Source of the DNA: Ignavibacteriales bacterium
GTDB lineage: Bacteria > Bacteroidota > Ignavibacteria > UBA10030
NCBI GenBank assembly: GCA_016192345.1
Contig: JACPUH010000037.1
Span: 11,293 to 75,292 of the forward strand
DNA length: 64,000 nucleotides
Direction of reading: 5' to 3'
Below are positions 55,470 through 64,000 of the stretch, piece by piece. A model generated the notes under the pieces. That model did no database searches, was not told the origin of the DNA, and saw only the letters and a program-made list of their open reading frames with translations. The translations under genes were made by a program, and so were the position numbers. How positions within the stretch are numbered: the stretch's first letter is position 1; every line of letters begins with the position of its first letter.

Positions 55470-56105
55470 ATGGTCAAACGCGCACTCATCATAGCCAACG
55501 GCGAGCCGCCGAAGAAGAGCCTGCTGCAGACCCTCGCCCGGGAATCGGACTTCATCGTTTGTGCGGACGGCGGGGCCAACACGGCGCTCAAGTTCGGTAT
55601 CATTCCCCACGCAATCGTGGGAGACATGGATTCCATCCATGCCGAGACGCTCTCGAAGTTTCGCACCGTGCCGCAATATGCCGACACCGACCAGGAATCG
55701 ACGGACCTTGAGAAAGTGGTAACGTGGACCATCAGGGAACAGTACGATCACATCACGGTCGCGGCAGGATTGGGAAAACGCATGGACCACACCGTCGGGA
55801 ACCTCGGGGTCATGGCGAAGTTTTATCCCGACGCCGTTATTCGTTTTGTCGATGACCTCGGAGAACTCTCTTACGTCGGCAGCAAGACCGAATTCGAGGC
55901 CGAGATCGGTTCAACGGTTTCACTCATTCCTCTCAACCGCTGCGAAGGAATCACCACGGCCGGATTGAAGTATCCCCTGACGAACGAACGGCTGGAGCTC
56001 GGGTTTCGCGATGGCACCAGTAATGAAGTGATTTCCAATCCCGTCCTGATTGTCGTTAAAAAAGGGCACCTTCTCCTGTTTCGGCTGCACACCGGACCTC
56101 ACTGA
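55470..56105 (+). CDS. thiN: Thiamine diphosphokinase
   Basis: CADGGAN, IVGDMDS, DQ.STDL.K, G.R.DH..N, GLKYPL, GTSNE. Confidence 0.93.
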   Translation: MVKRALIIANGEPPKKSLLQTLARESDFIVCADGGANTALKFGIIPHAIVGDMDSIHAETLSKFRTVPQYADTDQESTDLEKVVTWTIREQYDHITVAAGLGKRMDHTVGNLGVMAKFYPDAVIRFVDDLGELSYVGSKTEFEAEIGSTVSLIPLNRCEGITTAGLKYPLTNERLELGFRDGTSNEVISNPVLIVVKKGHLLLFRLHTGPH

Positions 56106-56114
56106 GCTTCCACG

Positions 56115-57548
56115 ATGGTTTCCCTCTCGCTTGTTGATTCCCTGCTGATCGGCCTCTATTGCGTGGCGGTCGTGTCTGTCGGATTCCGTGCCGCGCACAG
56201 GCGGAAAACGGGCACGGATGATTTTTTGCTCGCCGGGCGAACACTGACGCTCCCGATGTTTGTCGCGACGCTTGTCTCCACTTGGTACGGAGGGATTCTC
56301 GGGGTCGGGGAATTCTCCTACAACTTCGGCCTCTCCAACTGGGTCGTGTTTGGCCTGCCGTACTACTTCTTTGCGCTCCTCTTTGCGCTCGTGCTTGCCA
56401 AACGCATCCGCGCCACAAACCTGTACACGATTCCCGACAAGCTCGAAGCCTCGTACGACCGGAAGACGGCACTCCTCGGAGGTGTACTCACCTTCATTCT
56501 GGTGACCCCCGCGGCCTATGTATTGATGCTGGGCATCCTTGTGCAGTTGATGGTGGGTCTCGACCTGGCAACAAGCATCCTGCTCTCCACGTCTCTCACC
56601 GTGTGTTATCTCTATGCGGGCGGATTCCGGTCCGATGTCTGGGCAAATGCTTTCGAGTTCGTCATGATGTTCCTAGGCTTTGCGATGATTCTGCCGTTTG
56701 CCTATGCCCAATTCGGAGGGTTCGATTTCATCGCCTCTCACGTCCCGCCCCTCCACCTGACATGGCATGGCGGCAACACGTGGCAGTACATGACCGTCTG
56801 GTTTTTCATCGCCTTGTGGACGCTCGTTGACCCGGCTTTTCACCAGCGTTGTTACGCCGCAAAGGATGGCGCGACGGCACAACGCGGGATTTTGGTATCG
56901 ATTCTCTTCTGGTTCTGCTTCGACTTCATGACAAGCACGGCGGGATTGTATGCCCGGGCAGCGCTGCCGGAACTGGAAAAACCGCTCTTTGCCTACCCGA
57001 TGCTTGCGGAATTGACCCTGCCAACGGTGGCAAAAGGGCTCTTTTACATCGGCATGCTGGCGACGATCATGTCCTCTCTCAGCAGTCTTATGTTTCTTTC
57101 GGCAACGACGATCGGGAAGGATATTGTGGGAAGGTTACGGTTGGATACAAAGGAATTGACGGCTTATGCGGTGCCTGAGCATGGTGCCGTCAACCGGTGG
57201 ACGAAGATCGGCCTGTTTATCAGTTCCGCGTTCGCCATTGTGCTCGCGCTCGCGATCCCCTCTGTAGTGAGCATTTGGTACACGGTCGGCACATGCATTA
57301 TTCCCGGCCTCCTCGTCCCCGTGATCGCGGGTTATTTCGAGCGGCTGCGGATCTCCGCACCATATGCGTTTGCAGCGATGTTGTTCGGCTGGCTGACCTC
57401 AACCGTGAGCCTGATCGTTGGCATGCTCAATACGAGCAGCGGCACCCCGGAGTATCTGTTCGGCATGGAACCGATGTATCCCGGACTGCTTGTATCATTG
57501 AGTATCTGGGGAGCCGGGCGGATGTGGGGGAGGAAGGAAACGGCGTAG
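56115..57548 (+). CDS. SSS-family transporter, probable thiamine or precursor importer (ThiV-like)
   Basis: FLLAGR.L, TWYGG..G.GE, YTIPD, GG.RS.V, QRCYAAK; third gene of the TPP operon. Confidence 0.85.
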   Translation: MVSLSLVDSLLIGLYCVAVVSVGFRAAHRRKTGTDDFLLAGRTLTLPMFVATLVSTWYGGILGVGEFSYNFGLSNWVVFGLPYYFFALLFALVLAKRIRATNLYTIPDKLEASYDRKTALLGGVLTFILVTPAAYVLMLGILVQLMVGLDLATSILLSTSLTVCYLYAGGFRSDVWANAFEFVMMFLGFAMILPFAYAQFGGFDFIASHVPPLHLTWHGGNTWQYMTVWFFIALWTLVDPAFHQRCYAAKDGATAQRGILVSILFWFCFDFMTSTAGLYARAALPELEKPLFAYPMLAELTLPTVAKGLFYIGMLATIMSSLSSLMFLSATTIGKDIVGRLRLDTKELTAYAVPEHGAVNRWTKIGLFISSAFAIVLALAIPSVVSIWYTVGTCIIPGLLVPVIAGYFERLRISAPYAFAAMLFGWLTSTVSLIVGMLNTSSGTPEYLFGMEPMYPGLLVSLSIWGAGRMWGRKETA

Positions 57549-57554
57549 AAAACA

Positions 57555-57586
57555 GTACAGGCGAAGAAATGCCTCTTCGCCTGTAC
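57555..57586. terminator. Hairpin between convergent genes
   Basis: 13-bp stem GTACAGGCGAAGA/TCTTCGCCTGTAC. Confidence 0.55.
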
Positions 57587-57598
57587 CTTGATCCTGGT

Positions 57599-57976
57599 TC
57601 ATCCCTTCTTTGCTCTCTCGCTCATTAAGGCAAGCACATTCTGATCCGGATCTTTAAAGAACGCCATCCACACCTCGCGGTCCCCGAGGTCTGCCACCAT
57701 GTGTGGAGGGGCGATGAAGTGCACTCCTCGTTGAGCCAGGGTTTCGTGCGCTGATGGCAGATCCGTCACACTGTAATAGACAACGGATGATGGATGATCG
57801 AACTCCGGCCCTTCGGGAATACCGAGATAGAGCCTGATCCCGCCGCAATTAAAGAACGCCATCTTCGGGGCCTGAAACAGAAAGTGCATGCCGAGCACAT
57901 CGCGATAGAACGCGACCGCCCTGTCGATATCATGAACGATGATGGAGATTTGCCCTATTTGATCGAGCGAGAACAT
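57599..57976 (-). CDS. VOC/glyoxalase family protein
   Basis: IGQISI.VHDIDRAVAFYRDVLG; FFKDPDQNVLALM. Confidence 0.9.
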   Translation of the reverse strand: MFSLDQIGQISIIVHDIDRAVAFYRDVLGMHFLFQAPKMAFFNCGGIRLYLGIPEGPEFDHPSSVVYYSVTDLPSAHETLAQRGVHFIAPPHMVADLGDREVWMAFFKDPDQNVLALMSERAKKG

Positions 57977-58018
57977 GAGATCAGTGGCTCCCGGTTTGGA
58001 TAAGGGAAAAGACCCCCT

Positions 58019-58906
58019 CTACTTGGTGTCGAGGATCAACGGCAGGCCATCTTTCCCGGCGCCGATAACGACAATTTTGGCATTCGGAGAACTGGCAAGC
58101 TTCTCCGTGGCTTCGATCCCTTTCCACCGCAAGAGTTGTTCACTGATTCCCTTGGCTACGATGTTCTGAAAGTCGGAGATGCCCTGCGCCTCGATCCGTT
58201 TCCGCTCGGCTTCCTGTTTTTCCTTCAACAGAACAAACTGCATGCGCTGGCTTTCCTGGTCGGCACGGAGTTTCTCCTCGATCGCCCTCGAGAGGTCGGG
58301 GGGGAGGCCCACGCGGCGAAGCGGTGTTGCCTCAACCGTAATTCCCCTGGGCTCGACCATCTTTTCAAGATCGTTCAAAATAGCCAGTGTGAGAAGCTCG
58401 CGTTCCGAGGTGTACAGGGCCCTCGCATCGAAGGCTGCCGTGACGCCGCGTGCGACGGATCGGAAGTTGGGCTCAAGAATAATTTGAACGTAATTCTCCC
58501 CGATGGTTTTATACGTTTCTGCAGCCTTATCGGGATTCAAATGAAAGAGTGCGCTTAGCTCGAGCTGCACGGTCAATCCCTCCTTCGACGGAACATCCAT
58601 GACCTCCTTGATCTCTTGCGTTTTCACGGAAAACTTGATCACGCGCGCGAGCGGATTGACAAGGTTGATGCCGGCTTTGAGGGTATTGTCCGAAACCGTT
58701 CCGAAGAAATCCACGACACCGACATTTCCCGCCGGAACGACCGTGAAGATCTGGGATAGCGCGATGAGCAGGAACACGCCAGCCAGCATCCCGGCGAATG
58801 TGGACGACGAACGGCCGAGCGGCGTGCCGAAGTTCGCGCGTTTGCGCGCGGTGTTCCAAACAACGATCGCGCCGATGGCGATAAACAGAGCAAGTAGAAA
58901 TACCAT
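58019..58906 (-). CDS. Prohibitin/SPFH family protein
   Basis: VPAGNVGV, SKEGL.V, AIEEK..A.QE, KQEAERKRIEAQG, W.GIEAT.KL..SPNAKIVVIG. Confidence 0.9.
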   Translation of the reverse strand: MVFLLALFIAIGAIVVWNTARKRANFGTPLGRSSSTFAGMLAGVFLLIALSQIFTVVPAGNVGVVDFFGTVSDNTLKAGINLVNPLARVIKFSVKTQEIKEVMDVPSKEGLTVQLELSALFHLNPDKAAETYKTIGENYVQIILEPNFRSVARGVTAAFDARALYTSERELLTLAILNDLEKMVEPRGITVEATPLRRVGLPPDLSRAIEEKLRADQESQRMQFVLLKEKQEAERKRIEAQGISDFQNIVAKGISEQLLRWKGIEATEKLASSPNAKIVVIGAGKDGLPLILDTK

Positions 58907-59281
58907 AAGCTCCTCCTTTGATTGTGCAAACCCCGATGGACGGGGTCATGCGGTGATGGAAAGTCTTTGACGAGTCGGTGAAGGACAAGCACTGTCCGAT
59001 TTCTCTCCCCTTCCATTGGATCGCCCGACCGCCGGGAGAGAAGTGTGGGAACTGGGATTGCTGTTCTTCTGACTTTGAGCAATGCCGGAGACGTGGTTAA
59101 CTTACTGTTTTTTGGGTTGGGGAGCAATGAAAACAGGAGCGGTCCGGAGGGCTGGATTGAAGCGCATTCTTATCCATGGAACCGGTCAATACACATCGCG
59201 TATTTCAGAAGATCATCCCCGGGAGCGCTCCTTTGAGTCGCGGGCTAATTTTTGTATTTTGACTCCACGAAAGGAGACACC

Positions 59282-60058
59282 ATGATCAAGACAGCGATTG
59301 AAGCTGCCGTGGAGGCGGGGCGGTTCCAGAAAATGAGCGTCGGGAAGTTCAAGCATGTTGAACAAAAACAAGGACAGGAAACCAACCTTGTGACGGAGAT
59401 CGATAGGAAATCGGAAGAGATCATCATCACGAAAATCAAACGACGCTACCCTCATCACGATTTTCTCGCGGAGGAGTCGGGGAGCCACGAAGTGTCATCG
59501 GAGTATCGTTGGATCATCGACCCGCTGGATGGGACGCTGAACTTCACGCACGGCTTTCCGGTCTTCTGTGTTTCCCTCGCCTTGGAGGTCAAAGGGGAGA
59601 TCGTGCTCGGCGTTGTGTACGATCCGAACGGGGATGAACTCTATCGTGCAGAGAAAGGAAGGGGTGCACTTCTCAACAACAAGCCGATCCATGTCTCAAC
59701 CACGCGAAAGCTCATCGAGAGCATGCTGGTGACCGGGTTTCCGTACAGCATCAAGAGTAATCCGGACAACGCCGTCCAACACTTCAATAACTTCCTCATG
59801 GAAGCGCAGGCCATCCGGCGCCTGGGATCCGCCGCGCTCGATTTGTGTTATGTTGCCGCAGGCAGGTTTGACGGGTTCTGGGAGGTTGCTCTCCACCCAT
59901 GGGATATGGCGGGAGGGGTTTTGATCCTTGAAGAAGCGGGGGGAAAGTACACTGATTTCCGCGGATTCCCCACAACGATCTACCACAAACAATTGCTGGT
60001 GAGCAACGGCGTGATACACGATCAGATGGTCGATGTGTTAAAAAGGGGGCAGGCGTAG
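59282..60058 (+). CDS. suhB: Inositol monophosphatase
   Basis: Start 59282 after AAGGAG; LAEE, WIIDPLDGT.NF.HG, RRLGSAALDL.YVAAG, WD.A.G..I..EAGG. Confidence 0.93.
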   Translation: MIKTAIEAAVEAGRFQKMSVGKFKHVEQKQGQETNLVTEIDRKSEEIIITKIKRRYPHHDFLAEESGSHEVSSEYRWIIDPLDGTLNFTHGFPVFCVSLALEVKGEIVLGVVYDPNGDELYRAEKGRGALLNNKPIHVSTTRKLIESMLVTGFPYSIKSNPDNAVQHFNNFLMEAQAIRRLGSAALDLCYVAAGRFDGFWEVALHPWDMAGGVLILEEAGGKYTDFRGFPTTIYHKQLLVSNGVIHDQMVDVLKRGQA

Positions 60059-60084
60059 CTGGTTGTCAAAAAACCTTTTCTCTT

Positions 60085-60184
60085 TGCCACAAAGAACACA
60101 AGGAACGCACAGAGAAGGTTTTTGAAAGAACAAGGTGAAGGATTTCTTCAAAATAATTTTGCGCTCTCTGTGTTCTTTGCGGCA
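60085..60184. repeat. Repeat family A, inverted pair between convergent genes
   Basis: TGCCACAAAGAACACA...TGTGTTCTTTGCGGCA (15/16 complementary). Confidence 0.6.
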
Positions 60185-60264
60185 TTTTCCATCAAAAGGC
60201 CATAAGAGAACACGGCGGAGCCTTTGCCACCTCCCGTGCGGTAGAGGTTGAAGGGCTCCTCCCG

Positions 60265-60714
60265 TTAGATTTTCTGCACCAAGTCGAGTGCGATCATCAC
60301 CATGATCACGGCCATGCCCAACAGAAAGGCGGAAACCACGGCGGCATACTGAACGGCGCGTTTCGTTTCGAGCGAATCCAGTTCCCGCGTCGGAAGGGTC
60401 TTCACTTTGATATCGCCGGTCACATTCACCTGGCAGGCAAGTCTGAGGTTGGGGGTGACCCTCCGTTTGATCAGGTACCGTCCTGCGATCAGCAATTCCT
60501 CCTCCTCCGTGCGGGCATTGACCCCCTTTCCTTCAATCTCCACCACATCTCCCGCGCATGGGAATTTGAGAGGGCCCAACTCGATATGGGCATGCAGGAC
60601 TCGCCACAGGGGGGCGTACAAATGAATGCCGCTCCTGAGAGCGGCCTGGCGAAGATTGGATCCGGGTAACAGATCGAGCGAAACGAATTCTTTCTCAAAG
60701 GAAACTGCGGACAT
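60265..60714 (-). CDS. Degenerate 2Fe-2S ferredoxin-like protein with C-terminal TM helix
   Basis: GSNLR.AAL..GI.LY, RT..E and RLACQV.V.GDI.V.T as in Fer2 proteins, but only two Cys. Confidence 0.7.
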   Translation of the reverse strand: MSAVSFEKEFVSLDLLPGSNLRQAALRSGIHLYAPLWRVLHAHIELGPLKFPCAGDVVEIEGKGVNARTEEEELLIAGRYLIKRRVTPNLRLACQVNVTGDIKVKTLPTRELDSLETKRAVQYAAVVSAFLLGMAVIMVMIALDLVQKI

Positions 60715-60749
60715 TCCGGTATGTGCTCCCTCGTTGTACGATTCAGTGG

Positions 60750-61214
60750 TTACGGGTTCTCGCCATACCGCTTGGTGGTCCCGGGCGGTACGGTATAGAT
60801 GTAGCTGTGCAGGTAATCGATGTTTTGTTCCTTCACATCCAGGTCCATCAAGAGAAGGTCACGGAGCGATACCATCCCGATCAGCCGGTCTCCCGCGACG
60901 ACCGGAAGATGTCGGCAATGGACCTTCTGCATTTTCTTCAGGCACGATTCGTACCCTTCCTCCGCCTCCGCCACCACGATCTTCGTGGTCATCACATCGT
61001 TCACCGGCGTCGCAGCGGGATCCAGTCCTTGTGCGATCACACGGGTGATGACATCCCGTTCGGAGAAGATCCCCACCAGCTTGCTCTCCTCGTTCACCAC
61101 GGGCAATGCACCGACCTTCTTTTCAGCCATAAACCTTGCCGCTTCCGTCACGGTCTTCTGGGGCGTGAGGGAAAACAACGGCCGATCATGGACAAGTTCG
61201 CTCATCGGTTTCAT
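60750..61214 (-). CDS. CBS-domain protein
   Basis: Start 61214 after GGAGGA; VGALPVV..LVGIFSERD; RHLPVV..LIGMVSLRDL. Confidence 0.9.
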   Translation of the reverse strand: MKPMSELVHDRPLFSLTPQKTVTEAARFMAEKKVGALPVVNEESKLVGIFSERDVITRVIAQGLDPAATPVNDVMTTKIVVAEAEEGYESCLKKMQKVHCRHLPVVAGDRLIGMVSLRDLLLMDLDVKEQNIDYLHSYIYTVPPGTTKRYGENP

Positions 61215-61327
61215 ACGTCCTCCTGCATGGTGTGGATGGATGTTGAAGAACCGCGCGGAACTGTTGAATCGTGGGGGAGCAAAATAAGAAGTTTTCGGAA
61301 GGGACGCAACAACGACCTTCTGGACTA

Positions 61328-62671
61328 TCAAGGCCAGTCGTGGACCCCCTCCTTGTCGATCATGGTCCGAATCAGCGGAGGTCTTGTCGGTTCCGTTGCT
61401 GTGACCAGAAAGGCGTTTGTGATGCGCTCGCGGGCAGCCGGGATCACTTCTTCACGGTCCGTATGAAAGAGCGCCACAACCTCGCGGTCTTCCACTCGTT
61501 CCCCCACACGCTTCTTCAGGATGATGCCGGCTTTGTGATCGATGAGGTCTTCTGCGCGCTGACGTCCCGCCCCGAGAAGGATGGAGGTCATGCCGAGCTC
61601 GAGTGGATCGATTCCTGCGACGAACCCACCTTCCCGGACGCGAATTTCAATGATATGGCGGGGAAGAAGATATTGGTCCAGGTTCTCGATCGCCGACACG
61701 TCCCCTCCCTGGATCGCGACCAGTTCAAGGAATTTCCTGTAGGCAGATCCATCCTTGACGGATTGCTTCGAGAGGGCGATTCCTTCTTCGTATCGTTTGA
61801 CTCGTTTGCCGAGGAGGAGCATATGGGCGGCGAGGAGGTGAGTCAACTCCATCAGATCGGAGGATGCGTCGCCGATCCCGCGGGTGCCCCTCAGGCACTC
61901 GACCGATTCAACCATCTCCAGCCAGTTGCCGATCGTCATCCCAAGCGGCTGATTCATGTCGGTGATGAATGCCATGGTCTCCAGCCCAAAGTGGTTTCCG
62001 ATTCGGACCATCATCTCGGCGAGGCGGGTCGAATCTTCGGGAGTTTGCATAAAGGCGCCGCGACCGGTCTTGACATCCAGAACCAACCCGTTAATTCCCG
62101 TCGCGAGCTTCTTGCTCATGATGCTGCTGGCAATGAGAGGAATACTTTCGATGGTTCCCGTTACATCGCGCAAGGCATAAATTTTCTTATCGGCCGGAGC
62201 GATCTCGCTGGTTTGGCCGATCATGACAACCCCGATTTCCCCGATGATCCTGCGATATTCCGCAATCGAGAGATTGGTCCTGAATCCGGGGATGGAGTCC
62301 AGTTTATCGAGGGTTCCCCCGGTGTGGCCGAGACCGCGACCGGAGATCATCGGGACGGGGACACCGCATGCGGCAACGATGGGGGCAACGAGGAGAGAGA
62401 TCTTGTCTCCGACTCCACCCGTGGAGTGTTTGTCCACCTTGACTCCGGGGACATCGGAAAGATCGACCGTTTCACCGGAGTGCAGCATGACTTCGGTGAA
62501 GACGAACGTTTCCTCTTCACTCATGCCCCGGAAATAACATGCCATCAGGAAGGAGGAAATCTGGTAGTCGGGGACACGGCCTTTCACATAGCCGGAGAGG
62601 AGAAAACGAAATTCCTCTTCGGTCAACGACTTGCCTTCGCGTTTCTTTCGAATGAGTTCGACGACGTTCAA
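61328..62671 (-). CDS. pdp: Pyrimidine-nucleoside/thymidine phosphorylase
   Basis: TTG start after GAGGA; DKHSTGGVGDK, SGRGLGHTGGTLDKL, YALRDVT, SIMSKK, DVK.G.GAFM. Confidence 0.94.
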   Translation of the reverse strand: MNVVELIRKKREGKSLTEEEFRFLLSGYVKGRVPDYQISSFLMACYFRGMSEEETFVFTEVMLHSGETVDLSDVPGVKVDKHSTGGVGDKISLLVAPIVAACGVPVPMISGRGLGHTGGTLDKLDSIPGFRTNLSIAEYRRIIGEIGVVMIGQTSEIAPADKKIYALRDVTGTIESIPLIASSIMSKKLATGINGLVLDVKTGRGAFMQTPEDSTRLAEMMVRIGNHFGLETMAFITDMNQPLGMTIGNWLEMVESVECLRGTRGIGDASSDLMELTHLLAAHMLLLGKRVKRYEEGIALSKQSVKDGSAYRKFLELVAIQGGDVSAIENLDQYLLPRHIIEIRVREGGFVAGIDPLELGMTSILLGAGRQRAEDLIDHKAGIILKKRVGERVEDREVVALFHTDREEVIPAARERITNAFLVTATEPTRPPLIRTMIDKEGVHDWP

Positions 62672-62765
62672 GGGGTCCTCACCATCGATTGGTTCATGGA
62701 ACATGCTCCATGCGTGCCTGCGATGTGACCATGGAGGTCTCCCTTTGCATGTTCCCGTTCAGTGA

Positions 62766-62954
62766 TCATACTTCCACTTTTACGGTAAACTCTCTCCCGC
62801 ACGTATTGCACTTGCATTCGATGGTGACCCAGTTGTTCCGTTCGTAGTAACTCAGCTCCGCAAGCTCCCCGTCGCACGCGCGGACGAGACACCGCTTCAG
62901 GTCGAGCCGATACGCGCGGTCCTTCGGATACTCATCCTCATGCTCCTCGCTCAT
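62766..62954 (-). CDS. 62-aa Cys-rich (zinc-ribbon-like) protein
   Basis: Cx4C...CxCxxCG; co-oriented, starting 15 nt after the NUDIX stop. Confidence 0.6.
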   Translation of the reverse strand: MSEEHEDEYPKDRAYRLDLKRCLVRACDGELAELSYYERNNWVTIECKCNTCGREFTVKVEV

Positions 62955-62969
62955 GGCCGATGTTCAAGG

Positions 62970-63557
62970 TTATGGTTGCACATGCGGGTCCATTCCGGAC
63001 GATCGTTTTGTTTCGAGCTTCATCAGAACTTTTTCTGCCAGAAGAATTCCGCAGATGGTCTTTGCGTCCACGATCTCTCCCGCCCCGATCATCCTGAGCG
63101 CCTCCCGGAATGGGGTTCGGTGAAGCGTCAAGCCAATTTCCCCTTCTTCCAATTTTTGTCCGGTGGGTGATTTTTTGAGATCGCTCGCAAGGAAGAGATG
63201 CAATCGTTCGTTGCAGAAACCGGGTGTTGTGTAGATGGTTGTCAGTTCCTTCATCGAACCGGCAAGGTACCCGGTTTCCTCTTCCAACTCCCGCGCGGCA
63301 CACCGGCGCGGGTCCTCGCCGGGATCGAGCTTGCCGGCGGGGAGCTCAAACAACCGTTGCTTGACCGGGTAGCGGAAGTGGTGGATCAACAGCAGATCGC
63401 CGTTCTCAAACATCGGGACCGCAACAGCGCCGCCGGGATGATCGGCGATCTCCCGAACGCCGCGGTTGCCGGAAGGATATTCGATGGTATCGACAACAAG
63501 GTTGAACACATTCCCGCTGTATCGCTTCTCACTAGTGAGGGTCTTTAGGTCAGCCAT
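62970..63557 (-). CDS. NUDIX hydrolase (ADP-ribose pyrophosphatase-like)
   Basis: HPG.V, ELPAG.LD.GE....A.RELEEETGY, PGF..E, I.DAKT. Confidence 0.92.
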   Translation of the reverse strand: MADLKTLTSEKRYSGNVFNLVVDTIEYPSGNRGVREIADHPGGAVAVPMFENGDLLLIHHFRYPVKQRLFELPAGKLDPGEDPRRCAARELEEETGYLAGSMKELTTIYTTPGFCNERLHLFLASDLKKSPTGQKLEEGEIGLTLHRTPFREALRMIGAGEIVDAKTICGILLAEKVLMKLETKRSSGMDPHVQP

Positions 63558-63575
63558 GGGGAGTTTCGATGAGCT

Positions 63576-64000
63576 TCACGGCTTCGAGGAAGGATTGACA
63601 AGATGGACGGTCCGTTGCGGGAAGGGGATTTCAATTCCCTCCTCGTTGAAGGATTTGTAAATTTGCTCCCGGAGGGAGGTTTCGATCAAAAACTTTTTCC
63701 GGTAGTCTATCGTGCGGGCGATCAGGCGAAGGTTCACCGACGAATCGGCCAGGGCAACGGTAAATGTCTCGGGGATCGGATCGGCAAGCAGATCCGGATG
63801 TTGCTTGGCGAGGTCCGTTATGATCTTCTTGGCGTCATCCAGGTTCGTTCCGTAGGCGACCCCCACATCGACCATGACACGTATCGCCTGTTGCGGGTAG
63901 GAATAGTTGACGATACGGCCTTTCACGAGCTCCGCGTTCGGCAGGATGATCAGGTTATTGTCAAAATCCTGGATTTTGGTGCTCCGGACGCCGATTTCAT
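63576..64000 (-). CDS. MscS-family mechanosensitive channel, 3' part (5' part outside window)
   Basis: EIGVRSTKI..DN.LIILPN..V...I.NYS; VGVAYG; ADSSVN; GIEIPFPQR. Confidence 0.9.
   Translation of the reverse strand, partial: EIGVRSTKIQDFDNNLIILPNAELVKGRIVNYSYPQQAIRVMVDVGVAYGTNLDDAKKIITDLAKQHPDLLADPIPETFTVALADSSVNLRLIARTIDYRKKFLIETSLREQIYKSFNEEGIEIPFPQRTVHLVNPSSKP

Noticed and set aside
58907-59281. Possible structured RNA in the divergent SPFH/suhB spacer
   Set aside because: No recognisable riboswitch or tRNA consensus; the length is compatible with two promoters
51181-60058. nusB and suhB (both Nus-complex factors) within 9 kb
   Set aside because: They are on opposite strands and separated by unrelated operons, so this is probably coincidental

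Overview
This is chromosomal DNA from a fairly GC-rich FCB-group bacterium, most consistent with Ignavibacteria or a close relative. That call is an inference from the many T9SS C-terminal domains, the sigma70-type TTGACA-17bp promoters and the use of SD sequences. I found no rRNA, tRNA, CRISPR array or intact transposase. About 2-52 kb is almost entirely minus-strand and holds three cell-envelope modules. (1) 49.7-29.0 kb: exbB-exbD-exbD with no canonical tonB, then a type-B-CTD T9SS cargo with a PorP/SprF-like barrel, a 1007-aa orphan outer-membrane protein, a giant TPR protein, two DUF4159 proteins (one with a TonB-like anchor), lipoproteins, a 1498-aa Ig/CBM surface protein and a PstS-like lipoprotein. 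(2) 28.3-18.9 kb and (3) 18.2-2.0 kb: two paralogous SusD-free loci, each built on a triad of TonB-dependent receptor, ~710-aa variant-CTD protein and PorV/PorQ-like barrel. Locus 3 carries amino-sugar genes: GH18, two tandem GNATs, a PIG-L deacetylase, an atypical clan-A-like GH, an HGSNAT/NagX-like protein, NamZ and a Na+/solute symporter. The right end has a TPP-riboswitch thiamine salvage operon and housekeeping genes (nusB, suhB, pdp, NUDIX, MscS). Several short intergenic repeat families are scattered through the window. All family calls come from motif recognition by eye; no searches were run.
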